Counted from the stretch's first letter, positions 46,713 through 57,053 are shown. The stretch: 64,000 nt of DNA from Planctomycetota bacterium (GCA_965661685.1 CBFIET010000056.1:19465-83464), one strand, 5' to 3'. Translations and numbers: made by a program. The notes: generated from the letters alone by a model not told the origin.

Positions 46713-47534
46713 TCAGAGGCCGAGGCGGGATCCTCCGCTGTAGCAGTTGAGCCCACTGCTTCCGGCAAATCCGCACAGAATCATGCCGGTGGCGCGCGCG
46801 GTCTCGATGGCCAGTGAAGAGGGTGCGCCCACCGCGACGAGGGCACTGAAGCCGGCGACCGCTGCCTTCTGTACCAGTTCGAAACTGGCGCGTCCGCTCA
46901 CGGCACAGACCAGTTCGCTGGCGGGAAGAAGAGTGCGACTGGACAGCCCTCCGATCAACTTGTCGAGGGCGTTGTGGCGTCCCACATCTTCTCGAACCAG
47001 TAACGGCTCTCCATCCAGTTGCCAGGCTCCAGCGGCGTGGACACCACCGGTACTTTCGAAGAGACCCTGGGAGGCGCGGAGTTGATCGGGGAGGGAACTG
47101 AGCCAGTCGGGATCGATCTGCTGCTCACCGCGGGTTTCGGGAATCTTCCCCACCACATCCTGGATGCGGGTCCGTCCGCAGATTCCACAGGCACTGGTGC
47201 CGGCACTACTCCTGGAGTAGGCATCGATGTCGACGACGGCACCTTCCTTGAGGATCACCGTCACGACATTCAGGGGTTCCTCTGCACTTCCATCGGTGCA
47301 ATGAGTGACACCTGCCGGGGACTCGTCAGAAGCGAGGATTCCCTCCGCCACCAGGAATCCGATGGCGAGGTCGAAATCGTTGCCTGGGGTTCTCATGGTG
47401 CTGGTGATCTGTTCGTCGCGACTGGCTCCACCTTCAGTCCAGCGTACCCTCACCTCCAGCGGTTCTTCCACGGCGATCTCGTCGAGACCTCGAGGGGGAC
47501 GACCGGGACGGGTTCGACGTACCGGTAGCCTCAT
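46713..47534 (-). CDS. fdhD: Formate dehydrogenase accessory sulfurtransferase FdhD
   Basis: EEPLEV, MRTPGNDFDLAIGFL, SACGICG, TGGVHAA, EDVGRHNALDK, SGRASFELVQK; start 47534 or 47582. Confidence 0.93.
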   Translation of the reverse strand: MRLPVRRTRPGRPPRGLDEIAVEEPLEVRVRWTEGGASRDEQITSTMRTPGNDFDLAIGFLVAEGILASDESPAGVTHCTDGSAEEPLNVVTVILKEGAVVDIDAYSRSSAGTSACGICGRTRIQDVVGKIPETRGEQQIDPDWLSSLPDQLRASQGLFESTGGVHAAGAWQLDGEPLLVREDVGRHNALDKLIGGLSSRTLLPASELVCAVSGRASFELVQKAAVAGFSALVAVGAPSSLAIETARATGMILCGFAGSSGLNCYSGGSRLGL

Positions 47535-47652
47535 CGATGGCCGACCAGGCGGCGAAGAGGAAGGTGGTTGTGCGTCAGTCATTCCGGTTCCATCCCGTCG
47601 GAGTCGCCAAGCTGACGACTTCCGGCAGGATAACGGTCAGGAGGGCACTCTC

Positions 47653-49506
47653 CTACTGGACTCCCGGCATCAGTGGCTCGCCTTCATCCCACACAAGTCG
47701 GTCGATGCTGACCGCCTGAGGGAAGAGATCGCGCAGGGCACTGGAATCGAGCAGGTCGTCGTCGAAGAGCCAGTTACGAATCGGTGGCCTGTAGACCCCC
47801 GATTTCCCCCATCTCTCGGTGGCAACCCGACTCTGGAACAGGTTGATGAAGGCACCGTTGATGTTGGCCTTCTTGTTGGACCACTTCTCGTGAAAGCGAG
47901 GGAGGTTTTCCAGTCCACCGGAGTAGTTTCCACCGCCATCGGGAGTTCTCACGTTGCCGGTGATGATCGCCATGTTGTAGGTGGTCTCGGCGGCGGAGGA
48001 GATGTCGGAGTAACTGTCACCGGGCTCCCGGTCGTCGTCCCAGTTGTTGGAGAGCAGGTTTACCGCATCGCTGACGACAGCAGCCGTTTTCTTGTCGGTG
48101 CTGTTGAAATCCCCCTCGACGTAGATCGGGTCCTCGCTGACAAAGAGCAGATCGTCAGGAAGCAACGATCCATTCTTGAGGCGAATTCCCTCGAGCCATC
48201 CACCCAGAAGTCCTGGATCCCAGTTGACCGGTTCAGGGTCGGGGGAGCGATAGGCATACACCTGATGGATGTCATTGGTGGGATCTGCGTCCGAGTTGAC
48301 TCCTGTGATGTAGTTCTGGAAGTTACTGTCGGAGAGATCGATTTCGGTCATGGGAACGTAGGTTTCTTCCCTCGCATCGTACATGTCGGAACTGCTCTCG
48401 CTGATGGCACCCGGCATCTGTGAGGTGACATCGACCTCTACTCCATCCTGGGTGTGGTAGATCCGGTCATTCCGGATGACGAGATCTGCGGTGTTTCGAT
48501 AGTGGCCGTCGTTCGCGATGGATCCGATGTCGGGGGCATTCTGATTCAGCACTCCGTGGCTTCCCGTCTGAACCGTGCCGCCCCAGCGATCGTCGGCGAA
48601 ATCGATCCACTGCTGAGGATCGGAGAACGCCTCGAAATCTTCACTGGATCCGAGTGTCTGGAAGTTCCCTTCGGAGTCCTTGATGCTGACCGTTCCGTAG
48701 GTGGTGCTGCCGTTGTTCTTTCGTTCCCGGTAGATCTCTCCGGTGCAGCGGAAGTAATCGGAATCGATGGTGAGGGTTTTGGACCCGCCGACGCCGACAT
48801 AGATGTCGCCATTGGCGTGAACCTTGCCAGCGAAGGTCATGCTCGGCCCGGGGAGAAGTTCCAGGTCGTCGTCATAGAAGATCGCGAAGTCGAAGAGTGG
48901 ATTCCTCTGTACCTCGATGGTCCGGCGCAGATGGCTGGAGGCGAGATCGAGCACCACTCCCGAATCAGGAGAGGTACCCGGATAGAGTTGAACGACTCTG
49001 GTGAAGATCTCCTGGGTGGGGCCGGAGATATCAGTGGAATCGTAGAGGACGCTGATCTTTCTCCAGCCATTGGGCTCCATGCTGTCGGGATATACGGAGG
49101 GGGTCAGGTCCACTGCATTCCATGCGTAACTGGTTCCGCCGATCACCACCGATCCGGCGGTGGTTTCGGAGAGAGCGAAGGGATCATCGAAATTTGCGGT
49201 TCGGATGAGGATGTCTCGTTGCGCCGCATCGAGGATCGCTTCTGCCAGTGATCTCGCCTTCAAGCGATCGAGCTGGAATCGAGAATCCTTGCTTCGAGTC
49301 ATCGTCGTGGCGACGGTCGCTGCGGAGAGCATCCCCAGGACCAGGGTCATGAAGACGGCGACAAGCATTGCGGTTCCCGCCTGAGAGGGGTTCCGAATGA
49401 TCTTGTTGCAGGGAGGTGGATTTTGATCAGCCATGAACATCATCTTCTTTCCGGAGGAGCGATCCAGTGAAGGAGTTGAGGTAGGTGTAGTGGAGGTGGA
49501 AATCAC
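47653..49506 (-). CDS. PilX-like minor pilin with large C-terminal domain
   Basis: QAG/TAMLVAVFMTLVL class III-like signal; LFDFAIF..GKVHANG; SGGLENLPRFHEKW; YRPPIRNWLFD. Confidence 0.65.
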   Translation of the reverse strand: MISTSTTPTSTPSLDRSSGKKMMFMADQNPPPCNKIIRNPSQAGTAMLVAVFMTLVLGMLSAATVATTMTRSKDSRFQLDRLKARSLAEAILDAAQRDILIRTANFDDPFALSETTAGSVVIGGTSYAWNAVDLTPSVYPDSMEPNGWRKISVLYDSTDISGPTQEIFTRVVQLYPGTSPDSGVVLDLASSHLRRTIEVQRNPLFDFAIFYDDDLELLPGPSMTFAGKVHANGDIYVGVGGSKTLTIDSDYFRCTGEIYRERKNNGSTTYGTVSIKDSEGNFQTLGSSEDFEAFSDPQQWIDFADDRWGGTVQTGSHGVLNQNAPDIGSIANDGHYRNTADLVIRNDRIYHTQDGVEVDVTSQMPGAISESSSDMYDAREETYVPMTEIDLSDSNFQNYITGVNSDADPTNDIHQVYAYRSPDPEPVNWDPGLLGGWLEGIRLKNGSLLPDDLLFVSEDPIYVEGDFNSTDKKTAAVVSDAVNLLSNNWDDDREPGDSYSDISSAAETTYNMAIITGNVRTPDGGGNYSGGLENLPRFHEKWSNKKANINGAFINLFQSRVATERWGKSGVYRPPIRNWLFDDDLLDSSALRDLFPQAVSIDRLVWDEGEPLMPGVQ

Positions 49507-50201
49507 TGGGAGTCCTCGAGGTAGTTTCGCCTCTTCACGAGACTACGTACCTTGTAAGGGATATCGGTTTCTTTTCTTTGCAGGTTCAGTTCGACCTGGA
49601 TCGAGATGCCCTGGAGCTGAAATGTGAGCCCCTGAAGCCTGGTGATCCCGTCGTCGGCGAGTTGATGGGTGCCGATCCGACTTGCCATCAGCCACTCACT
49701 CTGGTTACCGATGTCGTCGGCGAGTTCGCAGGTCACATCTCCGAAGTGGTAGTCCTCACTTGAAGGATCGGAGGAGGAGCGGATCCATTCGATGGTACAG
49801 GTCACCACCGGAAGGGAAAAACCGTCGGCATCCGTGAAGTAGTAAGATCCTGCTGCCAGATCGTATTCACGTCGCCAGGTGGCTGGATCGACCCGTTGCC
49901 AGTTGTCGGCGACCGGATCCCACGAATACCCCAGAACATCCACGGTCAACGATTCTCCGTCAGCGGCGATGATCGGCGTGCTCCAGCCCTGACGCAGAAC
50001 CGATTCGACCCTGCTGTAGGTCAGGTGAGCATCGAGTTGTGCAGCAGAGTCCGCATCGGCCTCCTGGCCGAACTGGGTGAAACTGGTTGCTACGGCAAGG
50101 CTCAATCCCAGCACCACGATCAAGACGATCGTTGCGATTAGAATTTCAAGAAGGGTTGCTCCCTCTTCCCGTCCTCCATACATCGTTTTCTTCATCGTCA
50201 C
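49503..50201 (-). CDS. PilW-like prepilin
   Basis: EEG/ATLLEILIATIVL with Glu at +5. Confidence 0.75.
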   Translation of the reverse strand: MTMKKTMYGGREEGATLLEILIATIVLIVVLGLSLAVATSFTQFGQEADADSAAQLDAHLTYSRVESVLRQGWSTPIIAADGESLTVDVLGYSWDPVADNWQRVDPATWRREYDLAAGSYYFTDADGFSLPVVTCTIEWIRSSSDPSSEDYHFGDVTCELADDIGNQSEWLMASRIGTHQLADDGITRLQGLTFQLQGISIQVELNLQRKETDIPYKVRSLVKRRNYLEDSQ

Positions 50202-50203
50202 TC

Positions 50204-50686
50204 CTAGCGGGTTCTGACGACCCAGAATTGATGTTCGGAGACATCACCTTCGCGGCTTTGCCAGGTGACGGTCACGAGAATTTCCAGCGGGTCCGCCTCC
50301 ATGTCGGAGACGGCGACATCGAGGGTCGGGATCGTCAGGTCATTGAGTTCTTCGAAGGTCGGGGATTCTTCGAAGACCTGGCGCCCCTTCTTGGGCCAGT
50401 TGGAAGGGAGGAGATATCCATCCTGATCGTTGGTCAGGTCTTCCAGTGTTCTCGAGTACATCTCTTCCAGAACTGCCCTGGTATGGCCGGTGGCCCGGGT
50501 CACCTCGCGGGTGTAGTTCTGTTCGTCGAGAACGGGGAGCAGTACCAGTGCGGCACTGAGACTCACCAACAATAGCAGGGCGATGGCGATCATCACTTCC
50601 AGCAGGGTCAAGCCCGCCTGCGAGGATCTCGTACCGGTTCCCGAAGACATCTCAGTTCCTATTCCTGGGCGCCGATCCGTATTCAT
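50204..50686 (-). CDS. PilV-like prepilin
   Basis: QAG/LTLLEVMIAIALL with Glu at +5. Confidence 0.8.
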   Translation of the reverse strand: MNTDRRPGIGTEMSSGTGTRSSQAGLTLLEVMIAIALLLLVSLSAALVLLPVLDEQNYTREVTRATGHTRAVLEEMYSRTLEDLTNDQDGYLLPSNWPKKGRQVFEESPTFEELNDLTIPTLDVAVSDMEADPLEILVTVTWQSREGDVSEHQFWVVRTR

Positions 50687-50823
50687 CGAATTGATGAAGA
50701 GTGTCCGGGGTCCTGAGAAGAGTACGACGAGAATGTCATCCCCGGCAAATCAGGTCCCACGGATGCTGACCAGGAACGGGTAGAAGAGGGCGTGGATGCC
50801 GGAAGGAATGACCGGATCGGTGA

Positions 50824-52302
50824 TTATCCGCCAAATTCCAGCATCAAGCGGATGCTGTTGGCGTCGTCTTCCGGGTAGATCCCCGCCGATTCCTCGGTGG
50901 AGATCCAGGCCCCCTCCAGGAGGCAGCGGAGCCACGGTCTGGGGCGGATTCCCAGCCCTACCTTGAGGATCTGGACGGTACCGGAGGCGGAGCCTGCCGC
51001 CAGCAACCCCTCATGCTGCAACTGCTCTGCCAGGTTCGCCCGCTCGTACTCCAGGAGCATCTCCACTCCTTGTGCATCGTACTGGCCAGGAGCGTCGTAT
51101 CTGGCCGGAGGAAGATCGGGTCCGTAACGGGTTTTCAGCGAATGCGTTCCCGGCAGAAGGGTGCGGATTCCAAATCTCCATCCGGTGAACTCACCGGGAA
51201 GGTCGATACGGTCGGTACCCATCTCGACACCGTGAAGTCCCTGTCGCATCCACTCATTCTCGAGGTGAAGCCAGTGACGGACTGGCCATCTCCAGCCTGC
51301 CTGGACCCACCGAACACTCCTGGCAGACAGATGTTGAGTGTTGAGAAGAGAGGTGTTTCCCGGCGATCGCACCTGGATGCGACCCGCGACGTCATGATCG
51401 ATTCGTCCCGCCACGAACATCGAGAATCCGCTCCCGGGGGTGTCGGCGGCACCAGGGCCTCCAAACAGCAGTGGACTGAATGGTTCGATGCTCAGCCTGC
51501 CAGAGATGCCAGAACCACCGAAGTACTCTCCACCAGGATCTGCCGCACCACCGAAGCGAGCCTGCAGATCGGAGATCACCGCATCTTCAACCCAGCGGCC
51601 GCCGGTTCGCAGCGACCAGCTGGAGCCTTCCGAGAGCCAGTCGAGAACTCCCGAACTGAAGGAGAGCCGGTCTTCTCGAGGCAAGCCAGCCTTCAGACCG
51701 AAGAAGTTGGGAATCCTACCCCCCGAAAGGTGGAAGAGTCCGGAGACACGCCGGTCCACCCATGCCTCCGAGAAGAGTCCTGGGGAGTCGGTTCCATCCA
51801 GATCGAGACGGAATCGGTAGTGATTGTCATCGAGGGCACTCCCTTCCAATCGCAAGTCACTACCCCTGAACTGTGCCGACTGTTGCGACGACTCCGTCTC
51901 TGATTGCAAATCGACTTCGACCCGAAGGGTTGCGACCATGCTCAGATTGGGGACGTTGTTGGGACCACTGACGTGGATGCGGCCACCGTGGATCACATCG
52001 ATGGATGCACCGCTGTTGGAATCGCCGGGAGAGAGAAGATCTTCTGCCGTGTCGAGGATTGAGGTGGATTCTTCGAAGGGGTCTTCGAAGGGATCCTGCG
52101 CCTGGATGAGCCGGTTCGAGGAGATTCCGCAGGTGAAAAAACAGGGGATCAGGAGCAACAGGGTGATTCCGTTGAGACGATGTCTTGCCCTCGCCGAGGC
52201 ACCATTGACCTGGAGCGGCAGGAAGTGATCAGTGACCCCGATGAGGTCTGGATGCTCAGCGATCCAGTTGCGCAATGGTATCTCTCCCCCTGGAGAGATC
52301 AT
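50824..52302 (-). CDS. Outer-membrane beta-barrel, OprO/OprP porin-like
   Basis: Signal-like segment; alternating beta strands; R..LEG..YRF.LD..LFSEAWVD..GRIPNFFG pattern; ends MLEFGG; start uncertain. Confidence 0.5.
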   Translation of the reverse strand: MISPGGEIPLRNWIAEHPDLIGVTDHFLPLQVNGASARARHRLNGITLLLLIPCFFTCGISSNRLIQAQDPFEDPFEESTSILDTAEDLLSPGDSNSGASIDVIHGGRIHVSGPNNVPNLSMVATLRVEVDLQSETESSQQSAQFRGSDLRLEGSALDDNHYRFRLDLDGTDSPGLFSEAWVDRRVSGLFHLSGGRIPNFFGLKAGLPREDRLSFSSGVLDWLSEGSSWSLRTGGRWVEDAVISDLQARFGGAADPGGEYFGGSGISGRLSIEPFSPLLFGGPGAADTPGSGFSMFVAGRIDHDVAGRIQVRSPGNTSLLNTQHLSARSVRWVQAGWRWPVRHWLHLENEWMRQGLHGVEMGTDRIDLPGEFTGWRFGIRTLLPGTHSLKTRYGPDLPPARYDAPGQYDAQGVEMLLEYERANLAEQLQHEGLLAAGSASGTVQILKVGLGIRPRPWLRCLLEGAWISTEESAGIYPEDDANSIRLMLEFGG

Positions 52303-52334
52303 CCAGAACTGACGCTATTGGACAAGGAGAATCC

Positions 52335-53447
52335 CTAAGGCTTCTCCAGGCGGACGTCGTCGATCATGATGAGGCTATCGGGACCGCCGGTGAAGACGAT
52401 TCGGAACGCCTCGACCATGTCCCAGTCCACCTCACCCTTGCGTGTGAATTTTTTCAGGTCGAGCCGGAGATCCTGCCACCGACCCTTGGGGACCAGGGCT
52501 GAATTGTACCCGTTTCGTTGAAACGCTCGGCTGGCACCACGGCGCCCTCCTCCTCGTGGAGGATTGACCTGGCCTCCCTCTGCATCGAAGAGGAACAGCA
52601 GTTGCGGTCTTGCCTTGGGATCTTCGCAACGGATGGAGATTCGAAGGTATCGGTAGTCGGTGAGACTGATCCCTTCATCGACCATCTTCCCGAACACTTC
52701 ATCGCCAATATTCACCCAGCTGAGATTGTCGCCGGTTTGCCAGTGCATGGCGAACTTGCCGTTGCGGACATCTCCATCCTCCCGGCTTCCTCCGATGATC
52801 TTGTAGTTTCTACCCTGCTGGCCGCCTCGCCCTCTTCGATCAGGGCCTTCCCCTTCACCCTCGTCATCTTCTTCCGGTTCCTCGGTGGAAGCAGTCGATT
52901 TCTCGAAATCTGACAGCAGCAGATAAACATCTTCAAATGCCGTCTGACGCATCTCTGCGACTTCTTCTCCGAGGAGGGAGCCTTCAAATGCAGTACCGGT
53001 AGGGTCTTCTTTTTCGATGATGGCGAGTGCTTGCTTCATCCGCCCCTTGTCGAAGTATCGGGTCGCCTTGTCGAGCACGACTCCAGCCTGGGCTTCCTTG
53101 AAGCAGCGTTCGAGAACTTCGGAGATGGGGGGCTGTGCCTTCCTCATCTTGCTCTTGAGTCGCTTGATGCTGGCGAGAGCTTTGGAAAACTTGCGCTCTT
53201 CGAGTTCTCGATGGAAGCGTTCCAGATCGGAATTGAGGGACTCATCGCCCAGATCTACCGTGGGGACCGGCCCGATGCTGGAGTCCTTCTCCTCGACCTC
53301 TTCAGGAGATGGATCCACCTGTGCCTGTGCGGGGGGGGTGCTACTCGTGAGGTGCCAGGCGCAGATCCACATCACGAGGAGTAGGATCTTTCCTGTGGAT
53401 GGGAAGTTCATATCTCGCCTCTCGCCTTGGGTGTTCATGTAAGCCAT
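52335..53447 (-). CDS. Secreted hypothetical protein: helical N-terminal part, possible CBM-like beta-sandwich C-terminal domain
   Basis: Signal peptide; LTDYRYLRISIR..WQDLRLDL..VDWDMV..IMIDDVRL resembles galactose-binding-like folds. Confidence 0.55.
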   Translation of the reverse strand: MAYMNTQGERRDMNFPSTGKILLLVMWICAWHLTSSTPPAQAQVDPSPEEVEEKDSSIGPVPTVDLGDESLNSDLERFHRELEERKFSKALASIKRLKSKMRKAQPPISEVLERCFKEAQAGVVLDKATRYFDKGRMKQALAIIEKEDPTGTAFEGSLLGEEVAEMRQTAFEDVYLLLSDFEKSTASTEEPEEDDEGEGEGPDRRGRGGQQGRNYKIIGGSREDGDVRNGKFAMHWQTGDNLSWVNIGDEVFGKMVDEGISLTDYRYLRISIRCEDPKARPQLLFLFDAEGGQVNPPRGGGRRGASRAFQRNGYNSALVPKGRWQDLRLDLKKFTRKGEVDWDMVEAFRIVFTGGPDSLIMIDDVRLEKP

Positions 53448-53748
53448 TTACTGGAAACATTTTATGTCATTGTCGCGAGGCTGCAACCGGGTACTCTCGC
53501 CTCGACGACGCCTCTCCCGGGTGATTGCAACCGATCGAGGAAACAGGTTCTTCAAGGAAAACCCCGCTACCCCTCGATGGGATCACTCCATCCTCAAAAT
53601 TAGATGATTGAAATTGTCCTGGGATGCCAGGAATTACAGCGGGATTCAGGTGATAATCCGCAACTTCGTGGCTCTTTCAAGGGGGCCTGAATCGGTTTTG
53701 CTGCCCGTCATGTCCGGGCAACTCCATGTCGCGGAATGAGGTGACTCG

Positions 53749-54672
53749 ATGGCTCGTGATGTTGTGATCATCGGATCTGGACCTGCTGGATACACGTCGG
53801 CGATCTACACCGGTAGGGCACAGTTGAATCCGCTCGTCTTTGCAGGCTCTCTCAGTGGTGGTCAGTTGATGCTCACCACCGATGTTGAAAATTACCCGGG
53901 GTTTCCTGAAGGCGTGATGGGGCCAGACCTCATGGAGAACTTCAGGAAGCAGGCGGAGCGATTCGGTGCCGAGGTGGTCTATGAAGACGTGATCGAGGTC
54001 GACTTCTCCAGTCACCCCTTCAAGATCAAGAGTACCGCCCAGGAGATCGAGGCGAAAACCGTCATCATCTCCACCGGAGCCAGTGCCAAGATGCTAGGAC
54101 TTGAATCAGAAAGTCGCTTGATGGGGCATGGGGTCAGCACCTGTGCCACCTGTGACGGGTTCTTCTTCAGGGATCAGGAGATCGCCATCGTCGGTGGCGG
54201 GGATTCCGCCATGGAGGAGGCCACATTCCTCACCAGGTTTGCAAGTAAGGTGACGGTGATTCACCGCCGAGATTCCCTGCGAGCTTCCAAGATCATGCAG
54301 CAGAAGGCGATGGACAATCCCAAGATCGAGTTCATGTTCGACTCTGCAGTCACGGAAGTCCTCGACAGCGATGACAAGGTGAGTGGTGTCGTCGTCGAGA
54401 ATTTGAAGTCGGGCGAGAAGAGTACTGTGGACCTCAGTGGCCTGTTTGTTGCCATCGGGCACACCCCCAACACGCAACTGTTCGAGGGAAAGGTAGACCT
54501 TCATGACAACGGATACATCCGCTGTCAGGAGGGGGCCAAGACCAGCGTAGAGGGTGTTTTTGCCTGTGGGGACGTGCAGGATTTCACCTATCGTCAGGCG
54601 ATCACTGCGGCGGGGAGCGGGTGCATGGCGGCGATCGATGCAGAGCGCTGGCTGGAGCATCACCTCTCCTGA
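53749..54672 (+). CDS. trxB: Thioredoxin reductase
   Basis: IIGSGPAG, GGQLMLTTDVENYPG, CATCDG, VGGGDSA, RQAITAAG. Confidence 0.98.
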   Translation: MARDVVIIGSGPAGYTSAIYTGRAQLNPLVFAGSLSGGQLMLTTDVENYPGFPEGVMGPDLMENFRKQAERFGAEVVYEDVIEVDFSSHPFKIKSTAQEIEAKTVIISTGASAKMLGLESESRLMGHGVSTCATCDGFFFRDQEIAIVGGGDSAMEEATFLTRFASKVTVIHRRDSLRASKIMQQKAMDNPKIEFMFDSAVTEVLDSDDKVSGVVVENLKSGEKSTVDLSGLFVAIGHTPNTQLFEGKVDLHDNGYIRCQEGAKTSVEGVFACGDVQDFTYRQAITAAGSGCMAAIDAERWLEHHLS

Positions 54673-54832
54673 AGGACCGATATACCGCAGATTCTGTCCT
54701 CATTGACGCCGAAGGCCTCGGGCACTGAACTGGTCCGAGCAGCGGTGGGAGCACTTCCCAAGGCCTGAATTCATGCGGTACCATGTTGAATCAACCCGAT
54801 TCGATACGTCGCAATCGGAGGAAAGGTATTCG

Positions 54833-55642
54833 ATGCGTATTTTTGATCCACATAGCCACATGATTTCCAGGATCACCGATGACTACGAGAAGATGGCGGT
54901 GGCAGGGGTCGTGGCCATCACCGAGCCATCGTTCTGGCTTGGCGAGCCGCGTAAGCACGCCGGAACCTTCTATGACTACTTTGACCACATCACCAATTTC
55001 GAGGCGGAACGTGCTGCCCAGTATGGCATCAAGCACTACTGCACCATCGGTGTGAATCCTCGAGAAGCCAATGATCTGACCCTCGCCAATGAAGTCCTGA
55101 CCCGGATGGAAGAGTGGTTCGAGCGTCCGTCGGTGGTGGCGGTGGGGGAACTCGGATTCGATCTGATCACTGATGATGAAGAAACGATTCTCCGCAAGCA
55201 GCTGGAGATGGCGTTCAATGCCGGTCTCCCCGTGATGATCCACACTCCCCATCGAAACAAACTCGAGGGAACCCTGAGGACCATCAAGGTGATTCAGGAT
55301 ATGGATCTCGATCCGTCGAGGATTTTGATGGATCACAACACCGAGGAGACGATCGAGGCGAGCCTCGATAATGGGTTCTGGTGCGGGCATACCGTTTACC
55401 CCGTCACCAAGCTCTCTCCCGAACGCGCAGCAGCGATCTTTGAACGACATGGTCCAGAGAGGATGATGGTGAACTCGTCCTGCGACTGGGGGCCGTCAGA
55501 TCCGCTCAGCGTCCCACGCACGGTGTGGAGGATGCGCAGGGAAGGTTTCTCCGAGGATGTGATTCGCAAGATCGTCTGGGACAATCCGATAGCTTTCTAC
55601 TCACTTTCCGGTCGAGTGGATCTTCAGCCAGGGTGGGAGTGA
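54833..55642 (+). CDS. TatD-family metallohydrolase (EboB-like subfamily)
   Basis: DPHSHM..TDDYE, VGELG, IHTPH, DHNTEET, NSSCDWG.SDPL. Confidence 0.85.
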   Translation: MRIFDPHSHMISRITDDYEKMAVAGVVAITEPSFWLGEPRKHAGTFYDYFDHITNFEAERAAQYGIKHYCTIGVNPREANDLTLANEVLTRMEEWFERPSVVAVGELGFDLITDDEETILRKQLEMAFNAGLPVMIHTPHRNKLEGTLRTIKVIQDMDLDPSRILMDHNTEETIEASLDNGFWCGHTVYPVTKLSPERAAAIFERHGPERMMVNSSCDWGPSDPLSVPRTVWRMRREGFSEDVIRKIVWDNPIAFYSLSGRVDLQPGWE

Positions 55643-55646
55643 TTTC

Positions 55647-56243
55647 TTGCAAGGCAATGGTGATGAATCTCCAGATCAGTTCGACGGAGAAAAAATTCGT
55701 GAAGGTGTTCGACTGATTCTCGAAGGAGTCGGTGAGGATCCTCAACGTGAAGGATTGCTGAACACCCCCGATCGAGTGGCACGGATGTACGGAGAAATTT
55801 TCTCTGGCTTACACGAGCCCAGTTCTGGCGTACTCAATACCGTGTTTCATGAAAACTACGACGAGATCGTTCTTCTCAAGGACATCGAGTTCTACTCCGT
55901 TTGCGAACATCACCTGATGCCATTCACGGGCAAAGCACACGTTGCATACCTTCCAGGTGGCAAGATCGTCGGCCTTTCCAAGCTGGCTCGAGCGGTCGAG
56001 CATTTTGCTCGCAGGCCGCAGGTCCAGGAGAGATTGACTGCACAGATCGCAGATCTGATCAGCCAGACACTCGAGCCCAAGGGTGTAGCGGTGGTCCTCG
56101 AGGCGAGTCACACCTGCATGACGATGCGAGGGGTCAAGAAGCCAGGGAGCGTGATGACAACTTCGGCGATGCGTGGAGTGATACGAGAAAACCTGGCCAC
56201 TCGTAACGAGGTTCTCGGTCTCATCTACGGAAGGATGAAGTAG
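55647..56243 (+). CDS. folE: GTP cyclohydrolase I
   Basis: [46 protein letters not shown]. Confidence 0.97.
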   Translation: MQGNGDESPDQFDGEKIREGVRLILEGVGEDPQREGLLNTPDRVARMYGEIFSGLHEPSSGVLNTVFHENYDEIVLLKDIEFYSVCEHHLMPFTGKAHVAYLPGGKIVGLSKLARAVEHFARRPQVQERLTAQIADLISQTLEPKGVAVVLEASHTCMTMRGVKKPGSVMTTSAMRGVIRENLATRNEVLGLIYGRMK

Positions 56244-56552
56244 ATGAGCGGGCGCCCCGACGGACTCTTCGAGGTCGATTGTCCCTGCTGTGATACCAAA
56301 TTGACGATTGATCCGCGCGCACGGCGAATCTTTCACGTGGTCACCAAGGGGAAGGACGGACAACAGAAGTCCTTCGAGGAAGCGGTCAAGGACGCCACCA
56401 GCGGGGTGGACCGGGCCAAGGAGAAGTTCAAGAAGGCCCTCGATTCTGAAGAGGGCAAGAAGGAACGTCTCGAAGATATGTTCGAGGAAGGTCTCAAGAA
56501 GGCAGACGAAGACCCCGACAAGAAACCCCCATCCATCTTCGACTTCGATTAG
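56244..56552 (+). CDS. Small hypothetical protein with CPCC motif and coiled coil
   Basis: FEVDCPCCDTKLTID, then charged helix; abuts folE. Confidence 0.7.
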   Translation: MSGRPDGLFEVDCPCCDTKLTIDPRARRIFHVVTKGKDGQQKSFEEAVKDATSGVDRAKEKFKKALDSEEGKKERLEDMFEEGLKKADEDPDKKPPSIFDFD

Positions 56553-56561
56553 CAGGTTCCC

Positions 56562-57053
56562 GTGACGATATGGATCATCGACGGTAATAATCTGATCCAC
56601 TCCGACCCCCGGTTACGCCAGAGGATGGAGGAGAGCGGCCTCGAATCCGCTCGAAAACTGCTCGATCATGATCTGGGTCGAGTGAAGAGTTCCGGTGAGA
56701 AAATTCATGTCGTCTACGACGGCGGAGCCTCATCGGGGGATCGCCATGGCGTCCACACTTCCATCGCAAGACGCGGAACCTCGGCGGATGATCAGATCCT
56801 GTCTTTGGCGCGCAAGAAGAGTGCTGATGGCAAGATAAAGATCGTGACGGATGATCACTCCGACATCGGCAGTCGTCTTGGAGGAGCCGGTATCGAATGG
56901 GTGTCCTGTGCCGAGTTCAGGCAGCAGGTGTTGAAGGCCGGTTCCGGCAGGAAGATCCAGGGATCAGAGTCTGACAAGCCTGCTCCTCCCCGGAGCAAGA
57001 AACAGATCGATCACTGGTTGCGCGAGTTCGGGGTCTCGGGAGAAGAAGAGTGA
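56562..57053 (+). CDS. NYN/PIN-domain (YacP-like) putative RNase
   Basis: IIDGNNL, VVYDG, SADDQI, VTDD acidic motifs. Confidence 0.8.
   Translation: MTIWIIDGNNLIHSDPRLRQRMEESGLESARKLLDHDLGRVKSSGEKIHVVYDGGASSGDRHGVHTSIARRGTSADDQILSLARKKSADGKIKIVTDDHSDIGSRLGGAGIEWVSCAEFRQQVLKAGSGRKIQGSESDKPAPPRSKKQIDHWLREFGVSGEEE

Noticed and set aside
31313-54672. Further Sec codons in grx, trxA, trxB or fdhD
   Set aside because: Their active sites (CPDC, CGPC, CATC, CGIC) are all Cys-encoded and uninterrupted
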